Below are positions 29,462 to 39,953 of a DNA stretch of 64,000 nt, piece by piece. The notes below the pieces were generated by a model. The model made no database searches and had not been told where the DNA came from. It worked only from the letters and a program-made list of their open reading frames with translations. This DNA comes from a virus. The position numbers and the translations under genes are program-made. Where the stretch lies: the IMG/VR virus record IMGVR_UViG_3300042446_001683; one strand, given 5' to 3'. How positions within the stretch are numbered: the first letter of the stretch is position 1; every line of letters begins with the position of its first letter.

Positions 29462-30053
29462 AAATCTTAATACTAAAGGATTTACAGTTATAGATAATGT
29501 CTTATCTTTAGATTTAGCAGAAAAAATTTATGATGCTTATAATGAAGAAACTGAATGGGATTTATTTAATCAAGTAAGAGAAAAACATTACAGTCATGTT
29601 TTTAAATCACCTAACCCATACCTTCCTCAAGAGACAGAATCTTACTCAGCTAAATTTAATAGGTCATCTAATTTAGAGAACTCTAGTTTAATCACAAATA
29701 CATTTAATAACATATTAGTACCGTTATTAAAATCTGTATCCCCATTTCATGTGGATGAATTTGATGTTAGATGTTATAAATTAGATAAAGATAATCATTA
29801 TAGAACACATATTGATGATTACGCTGGGACTATTAATTTAATTTATTATGTTAATAAAGAATGGAGATGGGATTGGGGAGGAATATTAAATATAGTATCA
29901 CATGATGATTTAGAATTATGTGAATCCATTTTTCCTAAATTCAATAGAGTAGTATTACTAAATAATAAAGTATTTAGATCACCTCACTTTGTCAGTTCTG
30001 TTGAGTCATTTGCTTTAAATTCTAGATATTCTATTGTCTCATTTAATAAATAA
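29430..30053 (+). CDS. 2-oxoglutarate/Fe(II) oxygenase (prolyl-hydroxylase-like)
   Basis: HID (HxD), WGG.L, PKFNR, PH, RYS. Confidence 0.85.
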   Translation: METLYTSENIKNLNTKGFTVIDNVLSLDLAEKIYDAYNEETEWDLFNQVREKHYSHVFKSPNPYLPQETESYSAKFNRSSNLENSSLITNTFNNILVPLLKSVSPFHVDEFDVRCYKLDKDNHYRTHIDDYAGTINLIYYVNKEWRWDWGGILNIVSHDDLELCESIFPKFNRVVLLNNKVFRSPHFVSSVESFALNSRYSIVSFNK

Positions 30054-30056
30054 AAT

Positions 30057-30938
30057 ATGAAAATACTTTCTAATTTTAGATCAGAAAATGATCCTTATTT
30101 TTTATTCATTAAACAAAGATACAGTAATAAACCTATCACATTTTGGTATGATAAATTACCTGAGTCTATTAAACAGTTAGAATTAAATCCTTACAATTTT
30201 TTATTCTTACATGAACCAAATGAATTTTTTGGTTATCATACTAATACGCTTAAGTTAAGTCATTATTACACAGCTATATTAACATGGAATGATATGTTAT
30301 TAACTCAATGTGATAATGCTATTAATTTCACTTATAATGGGCAAACATTAGATGATGAATTTATAAACAATATTAGTGGAAAAGAATTTAATATTTCATT
30401 TTTATGTGGTACTAAAGAATTAGTTGATGGGCATAAATTAAGACAAGAAGTATATAAATTAAAAGAAAAAATTCAAATCCCTAAAAAATGGTATTATGTT
30501 TTAGATGATTATGATCAAGTAACTAATACTAGACCTGGATATACTGATTATTCTAAAGATTTATCTCATATTCCTCAAGGAGTAGATCCTATAGGATATG
30601 GTAGAAGAGTGTTGTTTAATAATTCTATGTTTAATATTGTTATAGAAAATGTAAACTACAATAATTGGTATAATAAGATAGGTGATAATTTTTTAACTAA
30701 AACTATTCCATTATATTGGGGCTGCCCTAATATAGCTGAGTTTGGGTATGATGAAAGAGGTATCATTAGATTTAATAATGAAAATGAATTATTAAATATT
30801 ATTAACAACTTAACACCTGAAATTTATAAAGATATGCTGCCTTATATTAATCACAATTATGAATTAGCTAAAAAAGATACTTTTGAAAATAATATAAGCC
30901 AATTTTTTGATAATTTTTTTAATATAAATAACATATGA
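30057..30938 (+). CDS. GT10 (fucosyltransferase)-like protein
   Basis: FNIVIEN...KIGD.F..KTIPLYWG. Confidence 0.7.
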   Translation: MKILSNFRSENDPYFLFIKQRYSNKPITFWYDKLPESIKQLELNPYNFLFLHEPNEFFGYHTNTLKLSHYYTAILTWNDMLLTQCDNAINFTYNGQTLDDEFINNISGKEFNISFLCGTKELVDGHKLRQEVYKLKEKIQIPKKWYYVLDDYDQVTNTRPGYTDYSKDLSHIPQGVDPIGYGRRVLFNNSMFNIVIENVNYNNWYNKIGDNFLTKTIPLYWGCPNIAEFGYDERGIIRFNNENELLNIINNLTPEIYKDMLPYINHNYELAKKDTFENNISQFFDNFFNINNI

Positions 30939-31411
30939 TATTCCCAGAAGTAAAAGTATACCAACCAGATGTATTTGAAGATTTTAGAGGTGAATTATTT
31001 ACACTGTATAAACAAGAAGAAAGTGATTTACATTTTAACCATGATAAAGTTTCTATATCAAAACAAAATGTTTTAAGAGGATTACATGGTGATAATAAAT
31101 CTTGGAAATTAATTACTTGTTTAGCAGGAGAAGTATATTTAGTTATTGTTGATAATAGACCTAATTCTGAAAATTATTTAAAATGGGATTGGATAGTATT
31201 AACAGCTAAGAATAGAAAACAAGTTTTAATCCCACCTAAATTTGCTAATGGTCATTTTGTTTTAAGCTCAGAAGCTACATTCTTCTATAAATGGTCTTAC
31301 CCAGGAGAATATCCGGATGTTGAGAGTCAATTTACTTTAAAATGGAATGATCCAAATATAAACATTCACTGGCCAAGTAATAATCCAATACTATCAAAAA
31401 GAGATAAATAA
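30935..31411 (+). CDS. rfbC: NDP-4-keto-sugar 3,5-epimerase (RfbC-like), second paralogue
   Basis: FEDFRG, LRGLHG, IPPKFANGH, WNDP.I.I.WP. Confidence 0.85.
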   Translation: MIFPEVKVYQPDVFEDFRGELFTLYKQEESDLHFNHDKVSISKQNVLRGLHGDNKSWKLITCLAGEVYLVIVDNRPNSENYLKWDWIVLTAKNRKQVLIPPKFANGHFVLSSEATFFYKWSYPGEYPDVESQFTLKWNDPNINIHWPSNNPILSKRDK

Positions 31412-31415
31412 GAAT

Positions 31416-32336
31416 ATGAAAAAAATAACAACACAAGATGTAGAAAATATTGTTGGTTTCCCAATCAGCAATTATTGTAAACAAACTATAGAAGATTTTA
31501 ATCTTGAATATCAAACTTTAACTCAACAAGAAAGAGATAAAGTTATACTAGACATGATTCATCATATTAATCTAAATTTAGAAAAAGCAGGTAAACATCG
31601 TTTAGAAAAATGGGAAAATGGATGGGATGAGAATCTTGAACTATTAAAAGCTGGGAATCATGTAAGTAGTTTAGTTCCAAAATATTTTGGAAAGTATGAT
31701 GTCATGAGGTGGAAAGGTGATTTTATAAAAAGTAATATTAAATATTTTGATTATTATCAACTTGTTATATTAGTAGATGCTATATTACATGAATATATAG
31801 GAAATAAGTATAATAATGTATTTGAATTTGGTTGTGGTCCTGCTTATCATTTATTACGATTTGGAGAATTTAATAATAATATCAACCTAATAGGATTAGA
31901 TTGGGCTACTTCATCACAAAATATTATTCAAAATATAAATGAGTTAGGAATAAATAATAAAATAAAAGGATATAATTTTGATTTCTTTAATCCTGATTAC
32001 CAAATAGACATTCCTGAAAGTAGTGCTGTGTTCACTTGTAATGCTTTAGAACAAATAGGTGAAAATTATAAGGATTTTATTGATTTTCTTTTAGTTAAAA
32101 AACCTGACATTTGTATTAATTTTGAACCAATCCCAGAACTTTTAGATAAAGATAGTCTAGTTGATCAATTATGTGTAATGTATTCTGAAAAGAGAAATTA
32201 TTTAAAAGGATATTTATCTTATTTAGAACAATTAGAAAGTGAAGGAAAAATTGAAATAATTCTAAAGAAAAGGCTATTTGGAGGTTCATTATATTTAGAA
32301 GGATACCCATCAGTAATATGGAAAATTAAAAAATAA
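31416..32336 (+). CDS. Class I SAM-dependent methyltransferase
   Basis: FEFGCGP, GLDW, FDF, ALEQ. Confidence 0.75.
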   Translation: MKKITTQDVENIVGFPISNYCKQTIEDFNLEYQTLTQQERDKVILDMIHHINLNLEKAGKHRLEKWENGWDENLELLKAGNHVSSLVPKYFGKYDVMRWKGDFIKSNIKYFDYYQLVILVDAILHEYIGNKYNNVFEFGCGPAYHLLRFGEFNNNINLIGLDWATSSQNIIQNINELGINNKIKGYNFDFFNPDYQIDIPESSAVFTCNALEQIGENYKDFIDFLLVKKPDICINFEPIPELLDKDSLVDQLCVMYSEKRNYLKGYLSYLEQLESEGKIEIILKKRLFGGSLYLEGYPSVIWKIKK

Positions 32337-32337
32337 T

Positions 32338-33219
32338 ATGAATACTATTATTGAAACTAGAAAAAAAGTTTATAAAAACTTACCTAAAAATTATCTATCA
32401 TTAAATGATTTAGTATTATTGTATGATATTGATGAAAATGATTATAATAACTTAATTGAGTCTGTTAAAAACTATATACTTAAATCTTTAAGTTTAGCTT
32501 ATAATAAGGAATTTATTTGGAGTGATACATTTTTAGAAGATAATAATGATTTAATCTTAAATCTACCTAATAAAACTCCAAATGGAGTTATTAAACCTAA
32601 AAAAGAAATTGAAGATCAATATACTCAAATACAATTTAGTATTAATAAAATATTAACTAATTTAGGATTATATTCTCATATAGGACAAATGGTTCTACCT
32701 AATATTAGATATAAAAATTCAAATGAGAGTACTGATACTAAAAATAGACCATATTACACTAGTAAATTTCATTCTGATGCTTGGATAGGCCATAAAGGAG
32801 ATTGCCAGTTATTAATAGGTGTTTTAGGAGATATAGATAACAACACAGTTGAATTTAATGAACCAATTAATGTTCATGATAATTACTTAGATAAAGCGGA
32901 AAGTTTTGATGAAGGAAATACTCGATATGAACAATTTAATATATTAGGAACATTAACTAAAGGAAAATTAGGTATAATGGATCATGCTTGTTTACATAGA
33001 ACTTTAATTAAGGAAAATGGTAAATCTAGAGTATCAATAGATATAGCAACTATGATTAATAGTGAGTATTCTCACATATATGATGAAGGATATGATCCAA
33101 ATATGTACACATATCATTCTTCTGAAGTAATTCAATCTATAGGAAAAACTCATAAATATACTATTAATGAACCATTGGATTCATTATCAACAACAGTAAA
33201 CATTATAAAGAATGTTTAA
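32338..33219 (+). CDS. Possible Fe(II)/2OG dioxygenase-fold protein
   Basis: FHSDAW (HxD), LHRT, RVSID. Confidence 0.5.
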   Translation: MNTIIETRKKVYKNLPKNYLSLNDLVLLYDIDENDYNNLIESVKNYILKSLSLAYNKEFIWSDTFLEDNNDLILNLPNKTPNGVIKPKKEIEDQYTQIQFSINKILTNLGLYSHIGQMVLPNIRYKNSNESTDTKNRPYYTSKFHSDAWIGHKGDCQLLIGVLGDIDNNTVEFNEPINVHDNYLDKAESFDEGNTRYEQFNILGTLTKGKLGIMDHACLHRTLIKENGKSRVSIDIATMINSEYSHIYDEGYDPNMYTYHSSEVIQSIGKTHKYTINEPLDSLSTTVNIIKNV

Positions 33220-33261
33220 AATATCTTGGAAAATTAAAAAAATAATATTATATTAAATTAT

Positions 33262-33888
33262 ATGAAAATACCATCACAATACACTAAAGTTAGAGATGTC
33301 AATATGACACCTCAAGAACTTATTGCTTTTGAAGATAGAGTAAAAGACGCTTACGAAGCAGGACAGGTAAAAGGACCTGTTCATCTATCTAAAAATAATG
33401 AAGAACAATTAATAGAATTGTTCCAATATATTCATCCTGATGACTGGGTATTCTCAGCTTGGAGAAACCATTATCATGCTTTACTTCATGGAGTTGATTC
33501 TGAGAAATTGTTCTCATGGATATCTGAAGGTAGAAGTATGGGTACTAATAATGTTAGTCCTAATTTTTACGCTTCATCTATTGTAGGAGGAATTGTTCCA
33601 TTATCATTAGGAGCAGCTATGGGATTGAAAAGGAAAAATTCACCTCGTAGAGTTTGGTGTTTTATAGGTGATATGACTATGGAAACAGGAGTGTTTCATG
33701 AAGCATACAAATACTCTCAGAATTTTAATCTACCATTACAATTTGTAGTTGAAGATAATAACTTAAGTGTTCACACACCTACTGATATTGCTTGGGGTAA
33801 AAGAATGGATGTGCCTGAGAATGTTATTTATTATTCTTATAAAATGTCATATCCACATCATGGAACAGGAAAATGGGTTAATTTTTAA
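33262..33888 (+). CDS. TPP-dependent enzyme, E1-alpha-like subunit
   Basis: GPVHL, RNHYH, GDMT...EDNN TPP motif; own promoter at 33225-33255. Confidence 0.85.
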   Translation: MKIPSQYTKVRDVNMTPQELIAFEDRVKDAYEAGQVKGPVHLSKNNEEQLIELFQYIHPDDWVFSAWRNHYHALLHGVDSEKLFSWISEGRSMGTNNVSPNFYASSIVGGIVPLSLGAAMGLKRKNSPRRVWCFIGDMTMETGVFHEAYKYSQNFNLPLQFVVEDNNLSVHTPTDIAWGKRMDVPENVIYYSYKMSYPHHGTGKWVNF

Positions 33889-33893
33889 TTATT

Positions 33894-34430
33894 ATGAAAT
33901 ACAAATTTGAATTAGTTAGAGCAATGGAATGGCTTGGAGCCAAACCTAATACAGTATTTACAGGACAAGCAATTGGTTTTAGTGGCCACGCTATCTCAAA
34001 TACTATGGAAAAAGTACCTCAAGACAAACGAATTGAACTACCAGTACTTGAAGAAACTCAATTAGGAATGGCTACAGGAATGGCTATGACAGGATGGGTT
34101 CCAATTACATGCTACCCTCGATTTGATTTCTTTATCTTAGGTTTAAATCAATTAGTTAACCATTTAGATAAAATGCAAGATATGTCTAATGGGGATATGA
34201 AACCAAAAGTTATTATTAGAGTAGCAGTTGGATCAAAAGTTCCATTTAGCGCTGGTCCTCAACATACTCAAAACCATACTGAAGCAATTAGAAAAATGCT
34301 TACTGAAGTAGAGGTAGTTGAGTTAATAGAACCTGAACAAATATTTGAAGCATTTCAAACTGCTTATGAAAGAGAAGATGGTAAATCAACATTAATTATT
34401 GAACATGCTGAGTATTATGGGACAAAGTAA
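33894..34430 (+). CDS. TPP-dependent enzyme, E1-beta-like subunit (pyrimidine-binding domain only)
   Basis: ELPVLEE..LGMATGMA, NQLVN, GPQH. Confidence 0.85.
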   Translation: MKYKFELVRAMEWLGAKPNTVFTGQAIGFSGHAISNTMEKVPQDKRIELPVLEETQLGMATGMAMTGWVPITCYPRFDFFILGLNQLVNHLDKMQDMSNGDMKPKVIIRVAVGSKVPFSAGPQHTQNHTEAIRKMLTEVEVVELIEPEQIFEAFQTAYEREDGKSTLIIEHAEYYGTK

Positions 34431-35589
34431 TTTTAATTGGCCTCTTATTAATGATAATATTTCTCAAACAGATAGAGAAGTATTAGCTGATTTTTGTTTA
34501 AACGGAGAACGTTTTACAAATGGACCTAAAGTAAAAGAATTTGAGAACATATGGTCTGAATGGTTAGGTGTTAAACATAGTGTTATGGTTAATTCAGGAG
34601 CATCAGCTAATTATATCTCAATAGCTATGGTTAAAGAATTATTAGGTGAGGGAGAGATTATAGTACCACCTTTAGGATGGGTATCAGATATTTCATCTGT
34701 AGCTCAATTAGGAATGACACCAGTATTTGTAGATATAAGTTTTAATAATTTAGCTATAACAGCTGAAAATATTAAACGAGCTATCACTCCTAAAACAAAA
34801 GCAATTGTATTGATACATTGTTTAGGTTTTAATGGTATTAATGATGAGATTATTAAAATAGCTAAAGATAATAACTTAATCTTAATTGAAGATTGTTGTG
34901 AGTCACATGGTGCTATGTTTGGTGATAAAAAAATAGGCTCAATAGGAGATATTTCATTATTTTCATTTTATTTTGGTCATCATATAACAACTATTGAAGG
35001 TGGAATGGTATGTGTTAATAATCCTAAATTATATGATTTAGCTAAATTATTCCGCTCACATGGTATGACTAGAGAAGCATCAACTGAATTGCAGAATGAT
35101 TATCAAAACAAATATCCTAAATTAAATCCATTATTTACATTTGCTGTAGCTGGGTTTAATATGAGAAGTACTGAGTTAAATGCTGTACTAGGGATTGAGC
35201 AAATGAAACGTATTGATTATAATATTAACAGACGTGTTGGGAATCTTAAAACATGGTTGGATCATTTAGATTCAAGTAAATTCATGACTAGTTTTACAAC
35301 TCAAGGAAATAGTAGTTTTGCTTTACCATTAATACTACAATGGTCTAATGTTAATAAATTAAAAGATGTTTGTAAGATATTAGAAGAAGAAAAAGTAGAG
35401 TATAGATTAGGGACCGCGGGAGGTGGGAATCAAGCGCTTCAACCATATTTAAAAAAGTTTAATTATCGAATTAATGATAGACTACCTGTAGTTGATTATA
35501 TTCACTTAAACTCACTTTATATCGGTAACCATCCTGAATTAACAGATGAACAAATTATTAACCTTTGTAATAAATTAAATAATGTTTAA
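34417..35589 (+). CDS. PLP/PMP-dependent GDP-4-keto-6-deoxymannose 3-dehydratase (ColD-like)
   Basis: DegT fold with His in place of the Schiff-base Lys (SFYFGHHITTIEGG); no Fe-S Cys cluster after HG. Confidence 0.75.
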   Translation: MGQSNFNWPLINDNISQTDREVLADFCLNGERFTNGPKVKEFENIWSEWLGVKHSVMVNSGASANYISIAMVKELLGEGEIIVPPLGWVSDISSVAQLGMTPVFVDISFNNLAITAENIKRAITPKTKAIVLIHCLGFNGINDEIIKIAKDNNLILIEDCCESHGAMFGDKKIGSIGDISLFSFYFGHHITTIEGGMVCVNNPKLYDLAKLFRSHGMTREASTELQNDYQNKYPKLNPLFTFAVAGFNMRSTELNAVLGIEQMKRIDYNINRRVGNLKTWLDHLDSSKFMTSFTTQGNSSFALPLILQWSNVNKLKDVCKILEEEKVEYRLGTAGGGNQALQPYLKKFNYRINDRLPVVDYIHLNSLYIGNHPELTDEQIINLCNKLNNV

Positions 35590-36553
35590 AAATCAAAAAG
35601 TTTTAGTTACTGGTGGTGGTGGAATGATTGGCCGCTCATTAGTGAAGTTTTTACTAGAAAAAGGAGCTAAAGTAACCATAGCAGACTTAACCCAACCTTC
35701 AGATTTACCTAAAGGAGTAAAGTATAAAAAAATAGATTTAAGATACTTTGACCAGTGTGAAAAAATTTGTAATGGTATGGATTATGTCTTTAATCTAGTG
35801 GGTATTAAAGGCTCACCTAAAATGTGTGCTGAACAACCAGCTGATTTTATGGTACCGATGCTTCAATTTAATACTAACATGATGGAAGCAGCTCGTAGAG
35901 CAGATGTTAAATGGTACTTATATACTAGCTCAGTTGGAGTATACGCCCCAGCAGATGTATTTAAAGAAGATGATGTATTAAATACAGTTCCATCGCCTAA
36001 TGATCGTTTTGCAGGTTGGGCTAAGAGAATGGGTGAAATGCAAGCAGAAGCATATTCTATTCAGTATGAATGGAATAAAGTATCTATTGTTAGACCAGCT
36101 AATGTATATGGAGCATATGACAATTTCAACCCAGCAAATGCAATGGTTGTTCCTTCATTGATTAGAAAAGCTCAAGAAAATAATATATTGGAAGTTTGGG
36201 GTGATGGCTCAACAATTAGAGATTTTATTCATGCTGATGATGTAGCTTTAGGAATGATATTTGCTGTTGAAAATGGAATTACCCAACCATTAAACTTAGG
36301 CTCAGGAGAAGGTTACTCAATTAAAGAAGTGGTTGATATGGTGGTTAAATACTCTAATAAACCATTAGAAGTAAAATGGCTAACTGATAAACCAGCTGGA
36401 GATAAAATTCGTTTATTTGATATGACTAGAGCTAAATCACATGGATTTGACATCTCAGTATCATTAGAAGAAGGAATTAAAAGAACTACTGAGTGGTTTC
36501 TGAATAATAAAGAAATTTTAGATAAACGTTATAACGCATTTGTAAATCACTAA
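35582..36553 (+). CDS. NAD-dependent sugar epimerase/reductase (SDR)
   Basis: VTGGGGMIG, RPANVYG, WGDG...RDF. Confidence 0.85.
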   Translation: MFKNQKVLVTGGGGMIGRSLVKFLLEKGAKVTIADLTQPSDLPKGVKYKKIDLRYFDQCEKICNGMDYVFNLVGIKGSPKMCAEQPADFMVPMLQFNTNMMEAARRADVKWYLYTSSVGVYAPADVFKEDDVLNTVPSPNDRFAGWAKRMGEMQAEAYSIQYEWNKVSIVRPANVYGAYDNFNPANAMVVPSLIRKAQENNILEVWGDGSTIRDFIHADDVALGMIFAVENGITQPLNLGSGEGYSIKEVVDMVVKYSNKPLEVKWLTDKPAGDKIRLFDMTRAKSHGFDISVSLEEGIKRTTEWFLNNKEILDKRYNAFVNH

Positions 36554-37245
36554 TGAAAGATTTTTTAATAACAGGAATTAATAGTGGCTTAGGTAAGCAT
36601 CTATATAATAATTTACCTAACTCATTAGGATTAAATAGAGATAATTTTGATTCTATAAAAGATGAAAGTTATCAAACTATAATACATTGCGCGTTTAATA
36701 AAGAAAATATTATTACTGATTATAAAAAATATCTAGATGATAATATTCTTCTAACTCAACGTCTTAAAAATTTAAAATATAATAAATTTATTTATATATC
36801 AACTATAGATGTTTATCAAGAATATCATAATATGTATTCTTTTTTTAAAAAATTCTCAGAAACATTACTAGATGATAAGGATTTAATTTTAAGATGTTCT
36901 ATGATGTTGGGTCCAACTATGAAACCTAATCACCTAACTAAGATTAAATCTAATATTGATCATATATCATTATCAAAAGACTCAACATTTAATTATATTC
37001 TTATGGATGATTTAGTTGAGTTTTTTATAAGTAATGATTATTTAGGTTATTCTGGAGTGATTGATTTTGTATCTAATTCTAATATTACTTTAAATGAACT
37101 AAAACAAATTATCAATTCTACCACACAATTAGGAGAATATACTTATAAAAGTAATTTGGAATTTACAAATCCTATTTATAAATTAAATAATAAATATAAT
37201 AAAACATCAATTAACAATTTAAAAAAATATGAAAGATTTCTATAA
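36553..37245 (+). CDS. Short SDR-family protein
   Basis: LITGINSGLG, YIST..VY, YSFFK. Confidence 0.7.
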   Translation: MKDFLITGINSGLGKHLYNNLPNSLGLNRDNFDSIKDESYQTIIHCAFNKENIITDYKKYLDDNILLTQRLKNLKYNKFIYISTIDVYQEYHNMYSFFKKFSETLLDDKDLILRCSMMLGPTMKPNHLTKIKSNIDHISLSKDSTFNYILMDDLVEFFISNDYLGYSGVIDFVSNSNITLNELKQIINSTTQLGEYTYKSNLEFTNPIYKLNNKYNKTSINNLKKYERFL

Positions 37246-38185
37246 AGATAAAATAGTAGTAGTCACTGGAGGCTCAGGATTCATAGGTACTCACTATATC
37301 TTAGAATTATTAGAAAGAGGAGCAAAAGTTAGAACTCATACTCATGAAAAACCACTCCAAATTCAAAATGAGAATATTGAAATTATTGAAAATATTGATT
37401 TAACAAAACTAGAAGATTGTCTTAAATTAATAGAAGGAGCAGATTATGTGATCCACTCAGGAGGTAAAATAGCACACCCATCTACAGTTCCTACAGATAT
37501 TCAAATATCAATGCAAAACATATTAGTATTAGGTAATGTACTAGAAGCATCTTATAAATTAAAAATTAAAAGATTTTTAGATCTAAATAGTTCAACAGGA
37601 TATCCTGATAGACGTTACCCAATTAAAGAAGATGAATTTTGGGATGATGAACCATATAAAGCATATTATGGATATGGTTGGATGCGTCGTTATAGAGAAA
37701 AATTAATGGAACATGTTTATAAATTCTCAGGAATGGAAATAATGTTGGCTCGTGGAACTGCAATTTATGGTCCTAATGATAATTTTGATCCTAAAACATG
37801 CCATGTAGTTCCTGCTTTGATTAAACGAGTTTTAGATGATGAAAATCCATTTATAGTATGGGGTACACCAGATGTAGTAAGAGATTTTTTATATGTTAAA
37901 GATGTTGTTAAAGCAGCTTTACTAATATTAGAAAAAGGTGAACCTATGAGACCATATAATGTTGGAGCTGGGTATACTGTCACTGTAGGAGATATTGTTA
38001 ATGCTATATTAAAGGCAACTGGTAAAACACCTGAAGTTGTTTATGATGATTCAAAACCAACTACTATACCATTTAGAATGGTCAGCACAGAACGTATTAA
38101 TACTGAATTAGGATTTGAACCATCTTATACTTTTGAAGAAGGAATTAAGGAAACAGTTGAATGGTATATAAATAATAAAAAATAA
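37229..38185 (+). CDS. GDP-L-fucose/colitose synthase-like SDR
   Basis: VTGGSGFIG, YGPNDNF...HVVPALI, WG....RDFLYV.D. Confidence 0.8.
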   Translation: MKDFYKDKIVVVTGGSGFIGTHYILELLERGAKVRTHTHEKPLQIQNENIEIIENIDLTKLEDCLKLIEGADYVIHSGGKIAHPSTVPTDIQISMQNILVLGNVLEASYKLKIKRFLDLNSSTGYPDRRYPIKEDEFWDDEPYKAYYGYGWMRRYREKLMEHVYKFSGMEIMLARGTAIYGPNDNFDPKTCHVVPALIKRVLDDENPFIVWGTPDVVRDFLYVKDVVKAALLILEKGEPMRPYNVGAGYTVTVGDIVNAILKATGKTPEVVYDDSKPTTIPFRMVSTERINTELGFEPSYTFEEGIKETVEWYINNKK

Positions 38186-39195
38186 TGAATAAAGTTTTAA
38201 TAACTGGAATTACAGGAATGGTAGGTTCACATTTAGTTGATTACCTATTAGAAAATACAGATTGGAAAATTTATGGTCTATGTAGATGGAATGATTCATT
38301 AGAAAATATTGAACATTTATCTGAGGACATTAATAAAAAAGAACGCATTGAGTTAGTATATGGTGATTTAAATGATTTAGCTTCATTAATATCAGCTATA
38401 AATAAATCAAAACCTGATTATGTTTTTCATTTAGCTGCCCAATCATATCCTCAAACTAGTTTTGATTCACCAATTGAAACATTACAAACTAATATTTTAG
38501 GAACAACTAATTTATTAGAAGCATTACGAGGCTCAAAATATAAAAATGCTATAATTCATGTTTGTGCATCAAGTGAAGTATTTGGTAGAGTACCTAAAGA
38601 AAAATTACCTATTAATGAGGAATGTTCATTCCACCCAGCATCACCTTATGCTATATCTAAAGTAGGAACTGATTTAGTAGGTCGTTATTATGCTGAAGCA
38701 TATGGGATGACTATTATGACTACTAGAATGTTTACTCATACTGGTCCTAGAAGAGGAGATGTATTCTCTGAATCAACATTTGCTAAACAAATAGCAATGA
38801 TTGAAGCTGGATTGCAAGAACCTAAAATATATGTTGGGAATTTAGATTCATTAAGAACATATGCTGATGTTAGAGACGCTGTTAAAGCATATTATATGTT
38901 AGTGACAATTAACCCTACATCAGGTGAATATTATAATATTGGGGGTGAATACACTTGTAAAATAGCTGATATGCTTGATTTCTTAATCAATCAATCAACT
39001 GTTCCTAATATTGAAATAGTAACTGACCCAGAGCGTTTAAGACCAATTGACGCAGATTTGCAAATACCAGACACAACAAAATTTAGAAACCACACAGGAT
39101 GGAAACCAGAAATCTCTTTTGAAACAACTATGAAAGATCTTTTGGACTATTGGAGAAATAAAGTAAATTCAGGACGTAAATTTTTAAAACGATGA
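38185..39195 (+). CDS. gmd: GDP-mannose 4,6-dehydratase
   Basis: LITGITG, HLAAQS, SSEVFG, SPYAISK, HTGPRRG, GNLDS.R. Confidence 0.88.
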   Translation: MNKVLITGITGMVGSHLVDYLLENTDWKIYGLCRWNDSLENIEHLSEDINKKERIELVYGDLNDLASLISAINKSKPDYVFHLAAQSYPQTSFDSPIETLQTNILGTTNLLEALRGSKYKNAIIHVCASSEVFGRVPKEKLPINEECSFHPASPYAISKVGTDLVGRYYAEAYGMTIMTTRMFTHTGPRRGDVFSESTFAKQIAMIEAGLQEPKIYVGNLDSLRTYADVRDAVKAYYMLVTINPTSGEYYNIGGEYTCKIADMLDFLINQSTVPNIEIVTDPERLRPIDADLQIPDTTKFRNHTGWKPEISFETTMKDLLDYWRNKVNSGRKFLKR

Positions 39196-39929
39196 AAATA
39201 TTAGTTATAGGTGATAGTTGCAAAGATATCTTTAGATATGGAAGAGTAACTCGAATAGCACCTGAGGCCCCAGTTCCTATTATTGTACCAGAAAGAGAAA
39301 CATCTAACCCAGGTATGGCGGGTAATGTAGTAGCTAATTTAAAAAAATTAGATTCAACAGTAGATTTTGTTACTAATCGAAATGAGATATTTAAAATTAG
39401 ATATGTTTGTTCTAAGTATAATTATTTACTTTTAAGAGTAGATGAAAATGATATATGTGAACCTATTTCTTATGATGTGTTAGATAATATAAAATGGGAA
39501 GATTATGATGCTGTAGTGATAAGTGATTATTGTAAAGGATTTTTAAATGAAGATGATATTAAATATATTTCTTTAAAACACCCACTAACATTTTTAGATA
39601 GTAAAAAATTATTAGGTGAATGGGCTCATAATATTAGTTTTATAAAAATTAATTTTCATGAGTATGAAAGAAATGAAGAAATTTTAAAAAATGATCCTAT
39701 TTTAAAAAATAAAACAATAGTAACTAGAGGTAAATTTGGATGTGAGTTCCAAGAAAAAAACTACCCAACTAAAGAAGTACCAGTAAAAGATGTTTCAGGA
39801 GCTGGAGACACATTTTTAGCTGGATTGGTCCATAATTATACTAACACTAAAAATATAGAATCAGCTATTGAGTTCGCACAACAGTGTACAATTATAGTGA
39901 TACAAAAAACTGGAGTGTCAACAATTTAA
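39192..39929 (+). CDS. PfkB/HldE-kinase-like sugar-phosphate kinase
   Basis: IAPEAPVP, GMAGNV, SDYCKG, DVSGAGDTF. Confidence 0.85.
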   Translation: MKILVIGDSCKDIFRYGRVTRIAPEAPVPIIVPERETSNPGMAGNVVANLKKLDSTVDFVTNRNEIFKIRYVCSKYNYLLLRVDENDICEPISYDVLDNIKWEDYDAVVISDYCKGFLNEDDIKYISLKHPLTFLDSKKLLGEWAHNISFIKINFHEYERNEEILKNDPILKNKTIVTRGKFGCEFQEKNYPTKEVPVKDVSGAGDTFLAGLVHNYTNTKNIESAIEFAQQCTIIVIQKTGVSTI

Positions 39930-39953
39930 AAAGATATTAAAAATAATAAAATA

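Noticed and set aside
33262-34430. Pyruvate dehydrogenase as a central-metabolism auxiliary gene
   Set aside because: Both subunits are truncated, there is no E2/E3, and they are embedded in an NDP-sugar operon.
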